NCBI GenBank assembly: GCA_041600755.1
Contig: JBFIJL010000001.1
Coordinates: 56,798-120,797, forward strand
DNA length: 64,000 nucleotides
Direction: 5' to 3'
Source: Candidatus Saccharimonadales bacterium
GTDB lineage: Bacteria > Patescibacteriota > Saccharimonadia > Saccharimonadales > JAXHNE01
In this document: positions 48,361 to 58,404 of the stretch, one piece after another
How the letters are laid out: every line of letters starts with the position of its first letter
Position numbering within the stretch: the first letter of the stretch is position 1
Program-made: the position numbers and the translations under genes
The notes under the pieces: model-generated
What the model was told of the DNA's origin: nothing
The model's input: only the letters and a program-made list of their open reading frames with translations
Databases searched by the model: none

Positions 48361-49155
48361 TTATTGCGCTTCTAGCACACGTATTCGCTTGATGCTTTTT
48401 GCCAGCTGCGTGGACTCGTCCACGGACACCAGCAATGCATTAAACTGCAGATCACCCGACTCTTCTAGAGCGTTGGAATTCTTCTTGTCGTCACGCCATC
48501 TATCAATAATTACCTGAGTTTTCACTCCAAGGCTTGCATGCAAGACCCCACACATTCCTACGTCAGACTGGAAAGCAGTGTTGCCCGGCAAAATCATCTC
48601 ATCTGCTGTTGGAACATGCCAATGATCGCCAATCACCATGCTTACTCTGCTGTCTACATACTGACCAAAAACAACTTTTTCGCTGCTGTAATCACCGTGG
48701 ATATTTACAACTCTGGCTGCCACCGGCACATCAGATGTCTTGGCTAATATCTCATCTATTTTTTGCAGTGGGTTTGTAGACTCGACCTTCATGCCTACGG
48801 TTTGTCCGAGTATAGAGATCACCAAAACTCGACCTTTTGGCGTGTCGATGAATTTCCAACCTGGGCCAGGGCACACCGGCATATTTGCAGGCCCGATAAC
48901 TGGCTCGTTCTGATCCTTCAGCAAATCGTGAAGCTCGCTTCGTTTAGGGGTGTGATTTCCCCCAGTGAAAAAGTCCACTCCTATATTTTGAAGCTGTCGC
49001 ATATCTGCAACCTTCATACTCTTTCCGTCACTGACGTTTTCGGCTTGGGCGATAACCAAGTCTATGGAATGTTGCGACTTAAGATTCGGCAACACCGATT
49101 CCACGATCTCTATGCCCTTATCGCCCATGATGTCGCCGATGTATAAAATATTCAT
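48361..49155 (-). CDS. ymdB: YmdB-family metallophosphoesterase
   Basis: GDIMG, AENV, TGGNH, HGDYSSEK, GDHWHVPTAD, SDVGMCG. Confidence 0.9.
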   Translation of the reverse strand: MNILYIGDIMGDKGIEIVESVLPNLKSQHSIDLVIAQAENVSDGKSMKVADMRQLQNIGVDFFTGGNHTPKRSELHDLLKDQNEPVIGPANMPVCPGPGWKFIDTPKGRVLVISILGQTVGMKVESTNPLQKIDEILAKTSDVPVAARVVNIHGDYSSEKVVFGQYVDSRVSMVIGDHWHVPTADEMILPGNTAFQSDVGMCGVLHASLGVKTQVIIDRWRDDKKNSNALEESGDLQFNALLVSVDESTQLAKSIKRIRVLEAQ

Positions 49156-49748
49156 TATTGCCTGTCCTTTAGGTAGGGCGGAGTTTCTCTATTGAACACA
49201 ACCTCATTAACGCCACCTATAGAGTCACCTTCAGTCCATTTCTTGTAATCATATGCGTAGGCGTTGTCCACACTGCCTGTGACAGCTTTGCTCCATTCAA
49301 AACCAAGCTCATCTGCAACCTTTTTGATGCCCGCTTCATTATTGCCCTCGATTTCGATATAAGGACTGAGCCATGGCCATTCATCTAACACTATTTCTAT
49401 ACCATTCATGCTCCACTCTTCACGCTTCGACTCCTGCACACTTATCGACTCATATCCAAGCGCATTCAAAAGCTGAATAGAGTTATCGTATGAATCAACA
49501 ACGATCTCAATTTCATTATCGTAATCACCGTCACCATCACTCTTGTATGTAATGGTGACCTTATTGCCTTCATCGCGAACTCTCAACCTCTGACCATTAA
49601 CCTTAAAAAAATCGCTTTTGACGGAGTCAAATATAGTGCGACGCATCAGCCTCATTGGTTGCTCGCAGGTTGCACCAATAGACTTCAGCTTTTCTCGCAC
49701 ATCATCAAAATCCACATTCAAAAATTTAACTTCTATTTCTTGCTGCAT
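49155..49748 (-). CDS. CYTH domain protein (class IV adenylate cyclase-like)
   Basis: EIEVKF, LRVRDEG, TITYK, YIEIEG. Confidence 0.9.
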   Translation of the reverse strand: MQQEIEVKFLNVDFDDVREKLKSIGATCEQPMRLMRRTIFDSVKSDFFKVNGQRLRVRDEGNKVTITYKSDGDGDYDNEIEIVVDSYDNSIQLLNALGYESISVQESKREEWSMNGIEIVLDEWPWLSPYIEIEGNNEAGIKKVADELGFEWSKAVTGSVDNAYAYDYKKWTEGDSIGGVNEVVFNRETPPYLKDRQ

Positions 49749-49757
49749 GCGTTCATT

Positions 49758-50390
49758 CTACCATTTGACATCTTGTTTAGAGTCTCCGGACAGAAGAGAA
49801 AATAATTCAGTCAGAAACTGTGCGTTAGCAATATGATCCAGGGCAAAATCGTAAACCTCCTCATCGCTTAGGTCTTGTAGCGATCCATCAAATGGCTCAG
49901 CAAACTTGTAATTTGGCGAGTGTGTGCGCTTCACCTCTCCATCCCTCATAAAAAGCAGCGGAGCATTTAACTCTGCGGCCCCAGAGAACATACTCATGCC
50001 AGGATCTATTTTCATTTGACCATAATTTAAGACAAGTGCATTTGCGTCACGCTTATACGCAAAGTAATATAGCTCTAGTCTAGTTCCACCGTTCGGTAGA
50101 ATGGTCTCATAATTGGCCCAAATTCTACTGTACCTACCAATACCTTTTTCTATGCGATTTTCATAGAACAATCGTACTTGTCCGCCTTCTCTGTTTGGAC
50201 CTTGATGATACGATCTGCGAGTAAAATCATCTTCACCCAAAAGCTCAACTCGCTCCAAACCTTCCCTGAGCTCATCAAATACCTCTTGATACTCTTGGAA
50301 AAGCTCGATAAACAGCGTTCTAACCGAGTAGTCCTCTGTAGTTGTCACTTCGTCCCACCCCCAGTCTGGTAGTTTTTCTGGGGAACTCAT
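49758..50390 (-). CDS. Hypothetical protein
   Basis: 210-aa ORF with AGGA SD downstream of rny. Confidence 0.6.
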   Translation of the reverse strand: MSSPEKLPDWGWDEVTTTEDYSVRTLFIELFQEYQEVFDELREGLERVELLGEDDFTRRSYHQGPNREGGQVRLFYENRIEKGIGRYSRIWANYETILPNGGTRLELYYFAYKRDANALVLNYGQMKIDPGMSMFSGAAELNAPLLFMRDGEVKRTHSPNYKFAEPFDGSLQDLSDEEVYDFALDHIANAQFLTELFSLLSGDSKQDVKW

Positions 50391-50402
50391 TTGCTCGTCC
50401 TT

Positions 50403-51917
50403 CTATTTAGCGAATTCTATTGCTCGTGTTTCACGAATGACATTTACTTTGACGGTCCCTGGATATTGCATAGTTGATTCGATCTTGTTGGCGATATCAC
50501 GCGCCAATCGAATTGCTGACAAATCGTCAATTTCACCAGGCTTCACAAACACCCGAACTTCACGTCCAGCGCTAATTGCATAAGACTTCGTGATGCCCGG
50601 GAAGCCATTTGTGATGTTTTCGAGGTCACGCATGCGCTCTGCAAAGTTTTCTGCAGACACGTTGCGCGCACCAGGCCGAGCGGCACTAATTGCATCAACA
50701 ACGCGCACAATCAATGCTTCTGTAGTTGTAGCCTCCATGTCATCGTGATGTGCTTCTGCGGCGTGGCATACTGCCTCTGGAGCACCGTACTTACGGAGCA
50801 TCTCGCCGCTTATGTGATGGTGCTTGCCTTCCATCTTGTGTGTAAGGGCCTTGCCAAGGTCATGTACGAGCGCTGCGTACTTGGCAATCTTCACATCCGC
50901 ACCAAGCTCTTCGGCGATAATCCCGGCAATATGTGCCATCTCGGTACTGTGTTTGAGTACGTTTTGTCCATAGCTTGTTCGGTATTTGAGTTCACCAAGC
51001 AGCTGCAATACTTCTTTTGGAATGCCAATAATGCCCACTTCTCGGGCTGCATCTTCACCGGCTCGCATAACGTCTTTTTGGACCTGCTTTTGAGCTTTCT
51101 CGACAATTTCTTCGATTCGGCCTGGGTGAATGCGACCATCCTTCATGAGCATCTCAACGGTAACTCGCGCGACTTCACGGCGAATTGGATCAAAACTGCT
51201 TAACACAATCATTCCTGGAGTATCATCAACCATGATGTCAACACCGGTTGCGCGCTGCAGCGCCTGGATGTTGCGACCCTCCTTGCCAATGAAGCGACCT
51301 TTCATGTCGTCGTCAGAAAGCTTAACGGCACTCACTGTGCGCTCAGCTGTAACTTCACTGGCCATGCGCTCCATCGCTCCGACCAAAATTGCAGAGGCCT
51401 TTTCTTCGGCATCTTCTTTCGCCTCATTCTGAAGCTTAGAAACCAAACCAGTTAGATCTTCACGAATGTCGCGCTCGGTCATTTTCATAAGCTTCTCGGC
51501 TGCATCTTCTTTTTTCAGCTTAGCAACTTTTTCCAACTTTTCTTGCTGCTTGACACGAATGTCGCGAATCTCGTTCTTGAGGCTCTCTACTTCGTCTTCG
51601 CCTTTCCGAAGTCGCTCAGCTCGCTTATCCAGCTCGTCCAGTTTGTTGTCGAGTGTTTGTTCGCGCTTGGCAAGGCGTTGCTCGGTTTCTTTTAATTCTT
51701 TTCGACGAGACTCTTCGTCTTTACGGGCTTGGTCACTAACTTTGGCGGCCTCTTTTTTTGCTTCTTCCAACGCTTTTTCGGCTTCTTTTTTAGCCTTGGC
51801 TCTTTCTTTGTCGGCGGCAGATTTTGCAGCCCCCATTTTTTTGCTCGTAACTGCATTGCTTGCGCCAAATCCAGCAACTACTCCGCCGATGGCGAGTATT
51901 ATCGTCAGTGGTTCCAT
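50403..51917 (-). CDS. rny: Ribonuclease Y
   Basis: N-terminal TM, coiled coil, KH KGRFIGKEGRNI, RTSYGQN, HD motif HDLGK, AARPGAR. Confidence 0.97.
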   Translation of the reverse strand: MEPLTIILAIGGVVAGFGASNAVTSKKMGAAKSAADKERAKAKKEAEKALEEAKKEAAKVSDQARKDEESRRKELKETEQRLAKREQTLDNKLDELDKRAERLRKGEDEVESLKNEIRDIRVKQQEKLEKVAKLKKEDAAEKLMKMTERDIREDLTGLVSKLQNEAKEDAEEKASAILVGAMERMASEVTAERTVSAVKLSDDDMKGRFIGKEGRNIQALQRATGVDIMVDDTPGMIVLSSFDPIRREVARVTVEMLMKDGRIHPGRIEEIVEKAQKQVQKDVMRAGEDAAREVGIIGIPKEVLQLLGELKYRTSYGQNVLKHSTEMAHIAGIIAEELGADVKIAKYAALVHDLGKALTHKMEGKHHHISGEMLRKYGAPEAVCHAAEAHHDDMEATTTEALIVRVVDAISAARPGARNVSAENFAERMRDLENITNGFPGITKSYAISAGREVRVFVKPGEIDDLSAIRLARDIANKIESTMQYPGTVKVNVIRETRAIEFAK

Positions 51918-52097
51918 CTTTTTTCCTTTCGTTAAAACCTCTGAAACCGCCAGCATCACTATCACTTCATTAGTTGGTCGAAATCAGAGAAAATCAAAAA
52001 TTCAGTGGACTCTCAAAATAAATCCTACCCATAACTATACGTGCCCGCGGCCTCATTCGCAATCAAAACTATTGCAACATATCGACCCGTTGTTTAA

Positions 52098-52916
52098 CTA
52101 CTGCTGTACAGCAAACACGATGATGCGCTGGTCGTATGAGCTTTCTGCGTAATTTACATTCCCCGTACAGGTTATTAGGCTTAGACCGGGCACACCTTGC
52201 TCGGCAGATATTAAAGCAGCATTCATGTTCACCTCGCTGGTCGGTGATATCTCGCTTCTCACAACTCGATAATTAAACACCTTGCCGTCGCCACGCTCAA
52301 CCTCAATCACGTCTCCTGCTACTAAATCTCTAATACCGTAGAAGACCCCTTTCGTACTTGGGCCATGCACATGACCATCAATTAATACGGCGCCATGCTC
52401 ACCAGGCTTAGAACTGCCTTCATACCATCCAGTGTCATATATATTTGAAGGTGCTTCTAGCTCATTCTTAGAGTTGACTCCCAGCTGCAATATACGAGCC
52501 TCGACTCCAAGTTTCTTTATCCTTATAAATCTTGGCTGATCTGGCGCCACAGCATAACTTCCGACATTGCTTGGTGGCGTCTCATCTGGTACAACGCGAT
52601 CCGAGCTACCCTCCTCTGCACTTTGTTGCAGGTTATGAATCTGGGCTTCAACTTGCTGATTTACCTGGTCGCCTTGCAACGCGACGAATGCTCCAATTAC
52701 AAATATTGCGCACGCCATCACCGGAAATGTGAGCTTCATTAATGCAAAACGCCTTTTTATAGCCCTCTTCGTTGACTCATACTCGTAGAATACCTTCCGT
52801 GTGATTGTCGCCCTTTCTTCGTAAGGACGCCTTACGATTCGCTGCGCACCACGGCCACGAAGCGCCACAGACGGGCGCTTCGCATAGTCGAATTTGTCTC
52901 GAGATGTACGTTGCAT
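52098..52916 (-). CDS. Class F sortase
   Basis: GWY...PGE.G, DGHV (His), LITCTG (Cys), QRIIVFA (Arg). Confidence 0.9.
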   Translation of the reverse strand: MQRTSRDKFDYAKRPSVALRGRGAQRIVRRPYEERATITRKVFYEYESTKRAIKRRFALMKLTFPVMACAIFVIGAFVALQGDQVNQQVEAQIHNLQQSAEEGSSDRVVPDETPPSNVGSYAVAPDQPRFIRIKKLGVEARILQLGVNSKNELEAPSNIYDTGWYEGSSKPGEHGAVLIDGHVHGPSTKGVFYGIRDLVAGDVIEVERGDGKVFNYRVVRSEISPTSEVNMNAALISAEQGVPGLSLITCTGNVNYAESSYDQRIIVFAVQQ

Positions 52917-52945
52917 ATTATTGACTGCTCAGTTCGTCTTTATGG

Positions 52946-54610
52946 CTATGCGGAAAACTTGCTGTAGCGTCGACCAAGGAACATGATCGCTCCGGCTGCC
53001 AAGGTGGCTGCAGCGAACATGATGGTAGGGCTGGCGCCAAGTAGACCAAAGCCAGTGTCTGGAGCAGTTGGTGCAGATACGACAGTAATCTCTACATCGT
53101 TACCATCACCACCTACATAACTTACTCTAAAAACTCCACCATTAGCTTCAAAAGTTTCACCCTCGGGCAAGTTTTGGAAGGTTCCCTGAACCGCATCTGT
53201 ACCTTCGTTGTTTATGACAACAAACTTCGTTCCAGCAGCAGGTAAATAATCCCCACTAGGGAAGCTCAGACTTAGTTTAGCGTCGAACAGATGCACATCC
53301 TCGAAGTCTGCAGCTTCAGCATCTGCATTTGTCACCTGCAGCTGGTCATAGCCAGTGCAGGCATCAGCGCCAGCAACTTCTACTATAAAGTTAGCAGCGC
53401 TCATATTTACTCCATCGGTTTTGAGACAGCCAGGGCTATTGCCTACAGCGACATTACTATTCGGATGAGCATTAAAGCCATTAACCACAGTACCTGAACC
53501 CATTAAAGTTGATCCATCATGCAACTCCACGAAGCCGGTAGTACCGTTTACCACTAGGGTGTCCCCAGGAATTACAGAATTAAAGCTAGTATTTTCATCA
53601 CTAGGCGCTATTGTTATTGTTTTATTCTTATACGCTAACGTTTCGTTATTGTAAACAATTGTTCCAGTAGACGATGACGTTTGAATTAAGCTATTCCCGC
53701 CTAGTACCATGTTTTCGAAAACTATCCTCTGCGTGAAGTACGTTGACATATAGGTGTCATCGGTTAGGGTAACGGCACCTGTGAAAGTTGTTGTACTTAC
53801 GCTAATTGGAGCGATTTTTGATACAGCAACGCCTCCGCCACCACCCCCAGAGCATCCGCCAATATATAGAGCTGATTCTGGTAGGCTGCCTGCGATAGAT
53901 ATAGGCTCAGCGTATGCTGTATTAGCTCTGACTATTAGCAGCCCGCCGTCAGATATCGTGGTCGAACCGGCACTAGTTCCTAGTGCGGTACTGTCTTCTG
54001 CGCATGCTACGTCCAACCTACCCAAATCAGCAACTGTAATGTTTCCGGTGAAAGTATTCTTAGCATTTAAGGTTAGGGTAGCGCTCACTAATACATCAAA
54101 TCCACCACTCCCACTTACGATTCCGTCAATTGTAGTATCTCCACTAACGTCAACCGTGTTCGCACCCAGGGCAACGTCACCATCAAGGTTAACTCGGCCA
54201 AAATCAACACCCGCTGTAATAGTAAGGTCGTTTTCTATTGTTAATCCTGCTGTTGTGGAAATAATGTCACCACTTAAAGAAAAAGCAGTGCCGGAAATTG
54301 TAGCAGCATCAGAGTTTGAAGCGTCTTCTGTCCAAGTAATGCTGGTGAATGTAGCACCCACCATGTCGTTTACTGGGTCTTTGACATTAAAGTCTACTGT
54401 TGATGCATCAAAAACTAATGCATCACCAGTTGTATCGAGCTGGTCAACAGAACAGCTCCAGTTACCAGCGGTTGAGAAGTTAGCGTCAGCGCCGCCGCCG
54501 GTCCAGGTGCAGGTGTCAGCTGCCGCGCTAACCATGACTGGCGCAAAGACAAAGAGTGACGACATCCCCAGTACAATGGATGTGCTTAAATTTACTACTC
54601 GTTTTAGCAT
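52946..54610 (-). CDS. Surface protein with autotransporter-passenger-like beta repeats and APDTG sorting signal
   Basis: TWTGGG...FSTAGNWS, NTFTGNITV, GTFQNLPEG...SYVGGDGNDV, APDTG + TM + RR. Confidence 0.8.
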   Translation of the reverse strand: MLKRVVNLSTSIVLGMSSLFVFAPVMVSAAADTCTWTGGGADANFSTAGNWSCSVDQLDTTGDALVFDASTVDFNVKDPVNDMVGATFTSITWTEDASNSDAATISGTAFSLSGDIISTTAGLTIENDLTITAGVDFGRVNLDGDVALGANTVDVSGDTTIDGIVSGSGGFDVLVSATLTLNAKNTFTGNITVADLGRLDVACAEDSTALGTSAGSTTISDGGLLIVRANTAYAEPISIAGSLPESALYIGGCSGGGGGGVAVSKIAPISVSTTTFTGAVTLTDDTYMSTYFTQRIVFENMVLGGNSLIQTSSSTGTIVYNNETLAYKNKTITIAPSDENTSFNSVIPGDTLVVNGTTGFVELHDGSTLMGSGTVVNGFNAHPNSNVAVGNSPGCLKTDGVNMSAANFIVEVAGADACTGYDQLQVTNADAEAADFEDVHLFDAKLSLSFPSGDYLPAAGTKFVVINNEGTDAVQGTFQNLPEGETFEANGGVFRVSYVGGDGNDVEITVVSAPTAPDTGFGLLGASPTIMFAAATLAAGAIMFLGRRYSKFSA

Positions 54611-54675
54611 TTTATTATCCTTTTGTATTAATTTTTTTATTTTTTGTAGTTAATATTGCTAACATGCTAGCGCTT

Positions 54676-55734
54676 TTATAAATTCATGTCAAATGCTCGG
54701 CTTGATGATGGAGTTGGTCCAGACGGTGTCTGCAGCGAATTTTGGGATGCATTTTCACTGGTGCTGCCCTTCTCCACCGCAAAGACTGCTAGCTGTTTTG
54801 TTGACGAGCTATTGGATTCATACGATGCCATTGTAGACAGCAGATTTAATCCCGGTTGGCTAGCTACAGCTGATTGGGTTAATTCCTGAAAATTTACTGC
54901 ATTCCTGTCATAGGTTTGCATTTTTGCAACGTAATAATGCCTGATGGTACCGTCTCCAAGCCGCACCTGAAAAGTGTCGCCTACAACTAAGCGTGTTAAA
55001 TCATAAAAGACTCCTTGTTTTTCTACGCCGCGCACATGGCCGATGAGTAACGAAGCGCCAGTCTCTCCTGGCTTTGCACTATTTTCGTACCAGCCAACGT
55101 CGTAAATATTCTGAGGCGATTTAGGCTCGCTATTCTGGCGCGTCGTCAATCGAGTTATTCTGGCGTTTATGCCAAGCTTTGTAATTATTAAATTCTGCGG
55201 AAGATCAGACGCCACGGCGTAGTTTTCTTGACCGTACGGCTGCTTGCTGCTTGGTGTGTCACCGTTATCTTCTAATATTTCCTGTAAATCTCTGGTTGCA
55301 GTCACAGAAGCCTGGCGACGATTAGACACCAATACTGTGAGTGAAATGATCAGAATAATGGCAATGAAAGCCACTTTGGGAATCTGTGTAATTTTTGGAA
55401 GCTTCAGATTTAGCTTTTTGAATTTGGTTGTCAACTTGTTCGCCTGTAGCTTAGCTTTTGTCTGCCAACTTGACGAAACTTGAGTTGACGGCGACTCTTC
55501 TCGTCGTGATGCACGATTGCCGAGCGCAATCATATATTCTTGCTCGGTTCCAGGAAGAATCCCAGATGAACGTCGGGCGTACTGTGCTTGTGGGTGCCGA
55601 CGTGGAACCTGCTTGCCAGGCGTGGGCTGCAAAATATGTGGCTTCTTTACCTGGGGAAGTGGGGGTGCAACAAAAACACCATCCATCGAAGATGTTCTGA
55701 CTGGTCGACTTGGTCGAGTAGGTTTGTGCTGCAT
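54676..55734 (-). CDS. Class F sortase-like protein lacking catalytic Cys and Arg
   Basis: GWYENSAKPGE, IGHV retained; LLSTMA replaces LITCTG; QLAVFA replaces RIIVFA. Confidence 0.8.
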   Translation of the reverse strand: MQHKPTRPSRPVRTSSMDGVFVAPPLPQVKKPHILQPTPGKQVPRRHPQAQYARRSSGILPGTEQEYMIALGNRASRREESPSTQVSSSWQTKAKLQANKLTTKFKKLNLKLPKITQIPKVAFIAIILIISLTVLVSNRRQASVTATRDLQEILEDNGDTPSSKQPYGQENYAVASDLPQNLIITKLGINARITRLTTRQNSEPKSPQNIYDVGWYENSAKPGETGASLLIGHVRGVEKQGVFYDLTRLVVGDTFQVRLGDGTIRHYYVAKMQTYDRNAVNFQELTQSAVASQPGLNLLSTMASYESNSSSTKQLAVFAVEKGSTSENASQNSLQTPSGPTPSSSRAFDMNL

Positions 55735-55789
55735 GTTTATTTTTAGTTTACAGCTTCTACTTTACAAGAATTATTGTAAAGTGACAATG

Positions 55790-56179
55790 CTAGCGCTTTT
55801 GTACAGTGATATGCGGATCAGATCCATAAACAGGAACAATAAACGCTGATCCTGAACCCTCAGCCAATAATTTAACACCACGAATAAGCCAATCGTCCCC
55901 GCTGACACCTGCAATAGGGATTGAATAGCTGTTGGCAATAGCGTTAACGACCGACGCACCAATGCGCAACCCAGTGAAGCTTCCTGGGCCGCTATAAAAA
56001 ACAATGCCATTTATATTTTTCAAGCTTTGAGATTGACGAAGCAATATAGTGTCGATGCGATTCGATATAGTTTCGCCTAGCATACGATGCGCCTTCCACA
56101 CCTCAGAATCAATAACGTTACCTTCTTGCAATAAGTGTAGCTCCGCGTCGGGCTGATCAGTTCGAATAGCCAATATCAC
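55790..56179 (-). CDS. tsaB: tRNA t6A biosynthesis protein TsaB (short form)
   Basis: ILAIRT, GPGSFTGLRIG. Confidence 0.9.
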   Translation of the reverse strand: MILAIRTDQPDAELHLLQEGNVIDSEVWKAHRMLGETISNRIDTILLRQSQSLKNINGIVFYSGPGSFTGLRIGASVVNAIANSYSIPIAGVSGDDWLIRGVKLLAEGSGSAFIVPVYGSDPHITVQKR

Positions 56180-56196
56180 GTAATGTACACCTATTA

Positions 56197-57288
56197 CTAA
56201 AGTCCTGAACCACTAGTGGACACACTGCAGTCCGTTAAAACCTCAATGCTGACGGATACATTTCTCTCTGAGCCACTATTGCCATCATTTGAATATACAT
56301 AGCTCTTGGGCTGCTGGTACTTGAACCTATTCTGAGGAACGCCACGCTTTACAAGTTCATCCTCGATTTTTTTGGCACGTTGCTCTGCTAAAATCTTACC
56401 AGCTGAACTTTGAGATGATTCATACGCACTGCCCTGTAGTGATATGTTGAAAGCCTTGGATGAATTCTCGTTATATATACGAGCTAGTTCGTCTAGATGA
56501 TCCACTTCAACGTCTGGGTACTTAAACTGGGTGGAGTCTGGCAAGAAAAAGTACGATTGGACGCTATAGCTAGTTATTGAAACCGCCAACTCATTGCCTT
56601 CATCGTCATAATTCTTTTCATATCCAATTGGCTGAAGAGGAATGATTTTTTTAATGTCATCGTGAGTCAGGCAGGCCAGATCATTGACCGGCTGAATTGC
56701 TGTCGGCGCCTCCTCTTGAACCTCTTCTTCTTTGTTGGAATTACTGCTTTCACTAGGAATTAGTTTTAAATCATCTCCAACGAATACAGCTGTAACTTCC
56801 CAAGTGTCATCATTTTTTTCAACGTGTGTTCTGATTTGACCCACCTTGGCACCGCTCAACTCATACAAATAATAGCGAGTACTGTCCTTTGTTGCTGAGT
56901 CAATTAGCTTAAAGCCGTCACCACGTACGCTTTCAGATATTCCAGCAAAGAATTTCTCTGTACTGGCGTCACCTTCGGCAAGATTCTTGACTTCTTCGAC
57001 AGTACCCTTCTGAAGAGTGGTAACAAAGAAGTCCGAAGCTGCACGAGCACGTGCGGCCTGCAATCCAGTCAGCACCATGAAGACAAATATTAATCCTATG
57101 ATCACCGCCAATGCACCAATGGCAATTAAGACAACCTTCAAAATTGAGTTTTTCTTATGAACCGGGTTCGGGACAGTTAGCGGGGGTTGAGGGGGTTGTA
57201 TTGGTTGAGATGGCTGTACTGGTTGAGGGGGTTGTATTGGTTGAGGGGGCTGTATTGGTTGAGGCGTTGGGGTGTTCTGCTGATCCAT
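56197..57288 (-). CDS. Membrane protein with PQPIQP repeats and C-terminal OmpA-like domain
   Basis: 18-bp repeats 57185-57265; TM; LQGSA...LAEQRAKKI...LVKRGVP..R...ERNVSV. Confidence 0.7.
   Translation of the reverse strand: MDQQNTPTPQPIQPPQPIQPPQPVQPSQPIQPPQPPLTVPNPVHKKNSILKVVLIAIGALAVIIGLIFVFMVLTGLQAARARAASDFFVTTLQKGTVEEVKNLAEGDASTEKFFAGISESVRGDGFKLIDSATKDSTRYYLYELSGAKVGQIRTHVEKNDDTWEVTAVFVGDDLKLIPSESSNSNKEEEVQEEAPTAIQPVNDLACLTHDDIKKIIPLQPIGYEKNYDDEGNELAVSITSYSVQSYFFLPDSTQFKYPDVEVDHLDELARIYNENSSKAFNISLQGSAYESSQSSAGKILAEQRAKKIEDELVKRGVPQNRFKYQQPKSYVYSNDGNSGSERNVSVSIEVLTDCSVSTSGSGL
57185..57265 (-). repeat. 18-bp tandem coding repeat, about 4.5 copies (PQPIQP)
   Basis: ggttgagggggttgtatt-type unit. 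Confidence 0.85.
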
Positions 57289-57339
57289 AAAAAATACTCC
57301 TTATATACTCTTAACAAAATAATAACATAACCGAAATTA

Positions 57340-57795
57340 TCAAATTTTATTCGCCAGCAAATAAGCTAGCGAGGATTCGTACTCAAGATGTATTTCTCGC
57401 ACTGAATCATCTACTGCACTCAAACGTATTGCAAGTCGATTTTCTGGAAGCACATGCTGAGCTCCGTCAGCCCACTCTACGACTACTACCGCACTGGGGT
57501 CTCCAACGAGATCTTCTAGCTCGTGTGCATTCAACCCAGGGTCATTAAGCCTATAGAAATCAAAATGATGAATTTCAAACTTTGGTGTTTCGTATACTTT
57601 GCTAACTGTAAAGGTTGGGCTTGATACTGCATCAGAACTTCCCGCTCCGCGAGCTAGTCCACGCGTAAAAGTTGTCTTGCCGCCGCCAAGATCTGCAATA
57701 AGCTCTATCACTTCACCTCCTTGCAAGCGCTGACCAATATTCATAGCAAAAGCTTCGGTTTCCTCTGGTGATACGGTCGTGATCGTGTATTTCAT
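57340..57795 (-). CDS. tsaE: tRNA t6A biosynthesis ATPase TsaE
   Basis: DLGGGKTTF, VSSPTF, HFDFYRL, VEWA. Confidence 0.95.
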   Translation of the reverse strand: MKYTITTVSPEETEAFAMNIGQRLQGGEVIELIADLGGGKTTFTRGLARGAGSSDAVSSPTFTVSKVYETPKFEIHHFDFYRLNDPGLNAHELEDLVGDPSAVVVVEWADGAQHVLPENRLAIRLSAVDDSVREIHLEYESSLAYLLANKI

Positions 57796-57870
57796 AACTT
57801 TAGAGACTAATAATAGCCTGAAAACTCACTTCGCACCAAACACACAGGATGCGGTACAATAAACTGCGAA

Positions 57871-58404
57871 ATGCTACAGCTTAGTGCCGCCTACTACAAT
57901 CGACCAATCATGAGCCTTCGTACCGGGGGTGAAATTGCCACTGCCATAGAGCCATTAATTGACCCTAATAACCTAAAAATCGTCGGCTACTTTTGCCAAG
58001 ATAAATTTAGTGGCGCAGAGCTCATCCTATTGAGCCAGGATATTCGTGACGTATTGCCTCAAGGTTTTGCGGTCAATGATCATGATGTGCTTGCTGAAGC
58101 CGAAGACCTTGTCAGGCACAAAAAAATTATCGAAATCCGATACCAACTACTCGGCCAGCCAGTTATTGCAGGTAAAAGAAAAAGGCTCGGCAGGGTTGTA
58201 GATTACGCTGTAGAAGCGGAGACAATGTACGTTCAAAAACTATACGTTGGTCAGCACCTGCTTAAAAGCTTCACGAATGGGCAGCTCAGCGTGACTCGGG
58301 ACCGAATAGTTGAAATCTCACCAAAACACATTCAAGTCAAAGATCCAAAAGAGAAAATTAAGCAAACCAATTCGGTTCGACGCGTCGCACCCGCTACGAC
58401 TTAA
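57871..58404 (+). CDS. PRC-barrel domain protein
   Basis: Tandem PRC-like repeats (LIDPNNLKIVG; LGRVVDY). Confidence 0.75.
   Translation: MLQLSAAYYNRPIMSLRTGGEIATAIEPLIDPNNLKIVGYFCQDKFSGAELILLSQDIRDVLPQGFAVNDHDVLAEAEDLVRHKKIIEIRYQLLGQPVIAGKRKRLGRVVDYAVEAETMYVQKLYVGQHLLKSFTNGQLSVTRDRIVEISPKHIQVKDPKEKIKQTNSVRRVAPATT

Noticed and set aside
53754-54653. 299-aa plus-strand ORF (also 51466-52152, 12593-13236 and similar)
   Set aside because: Antisense or alternate-frame shadows of well-supported genes
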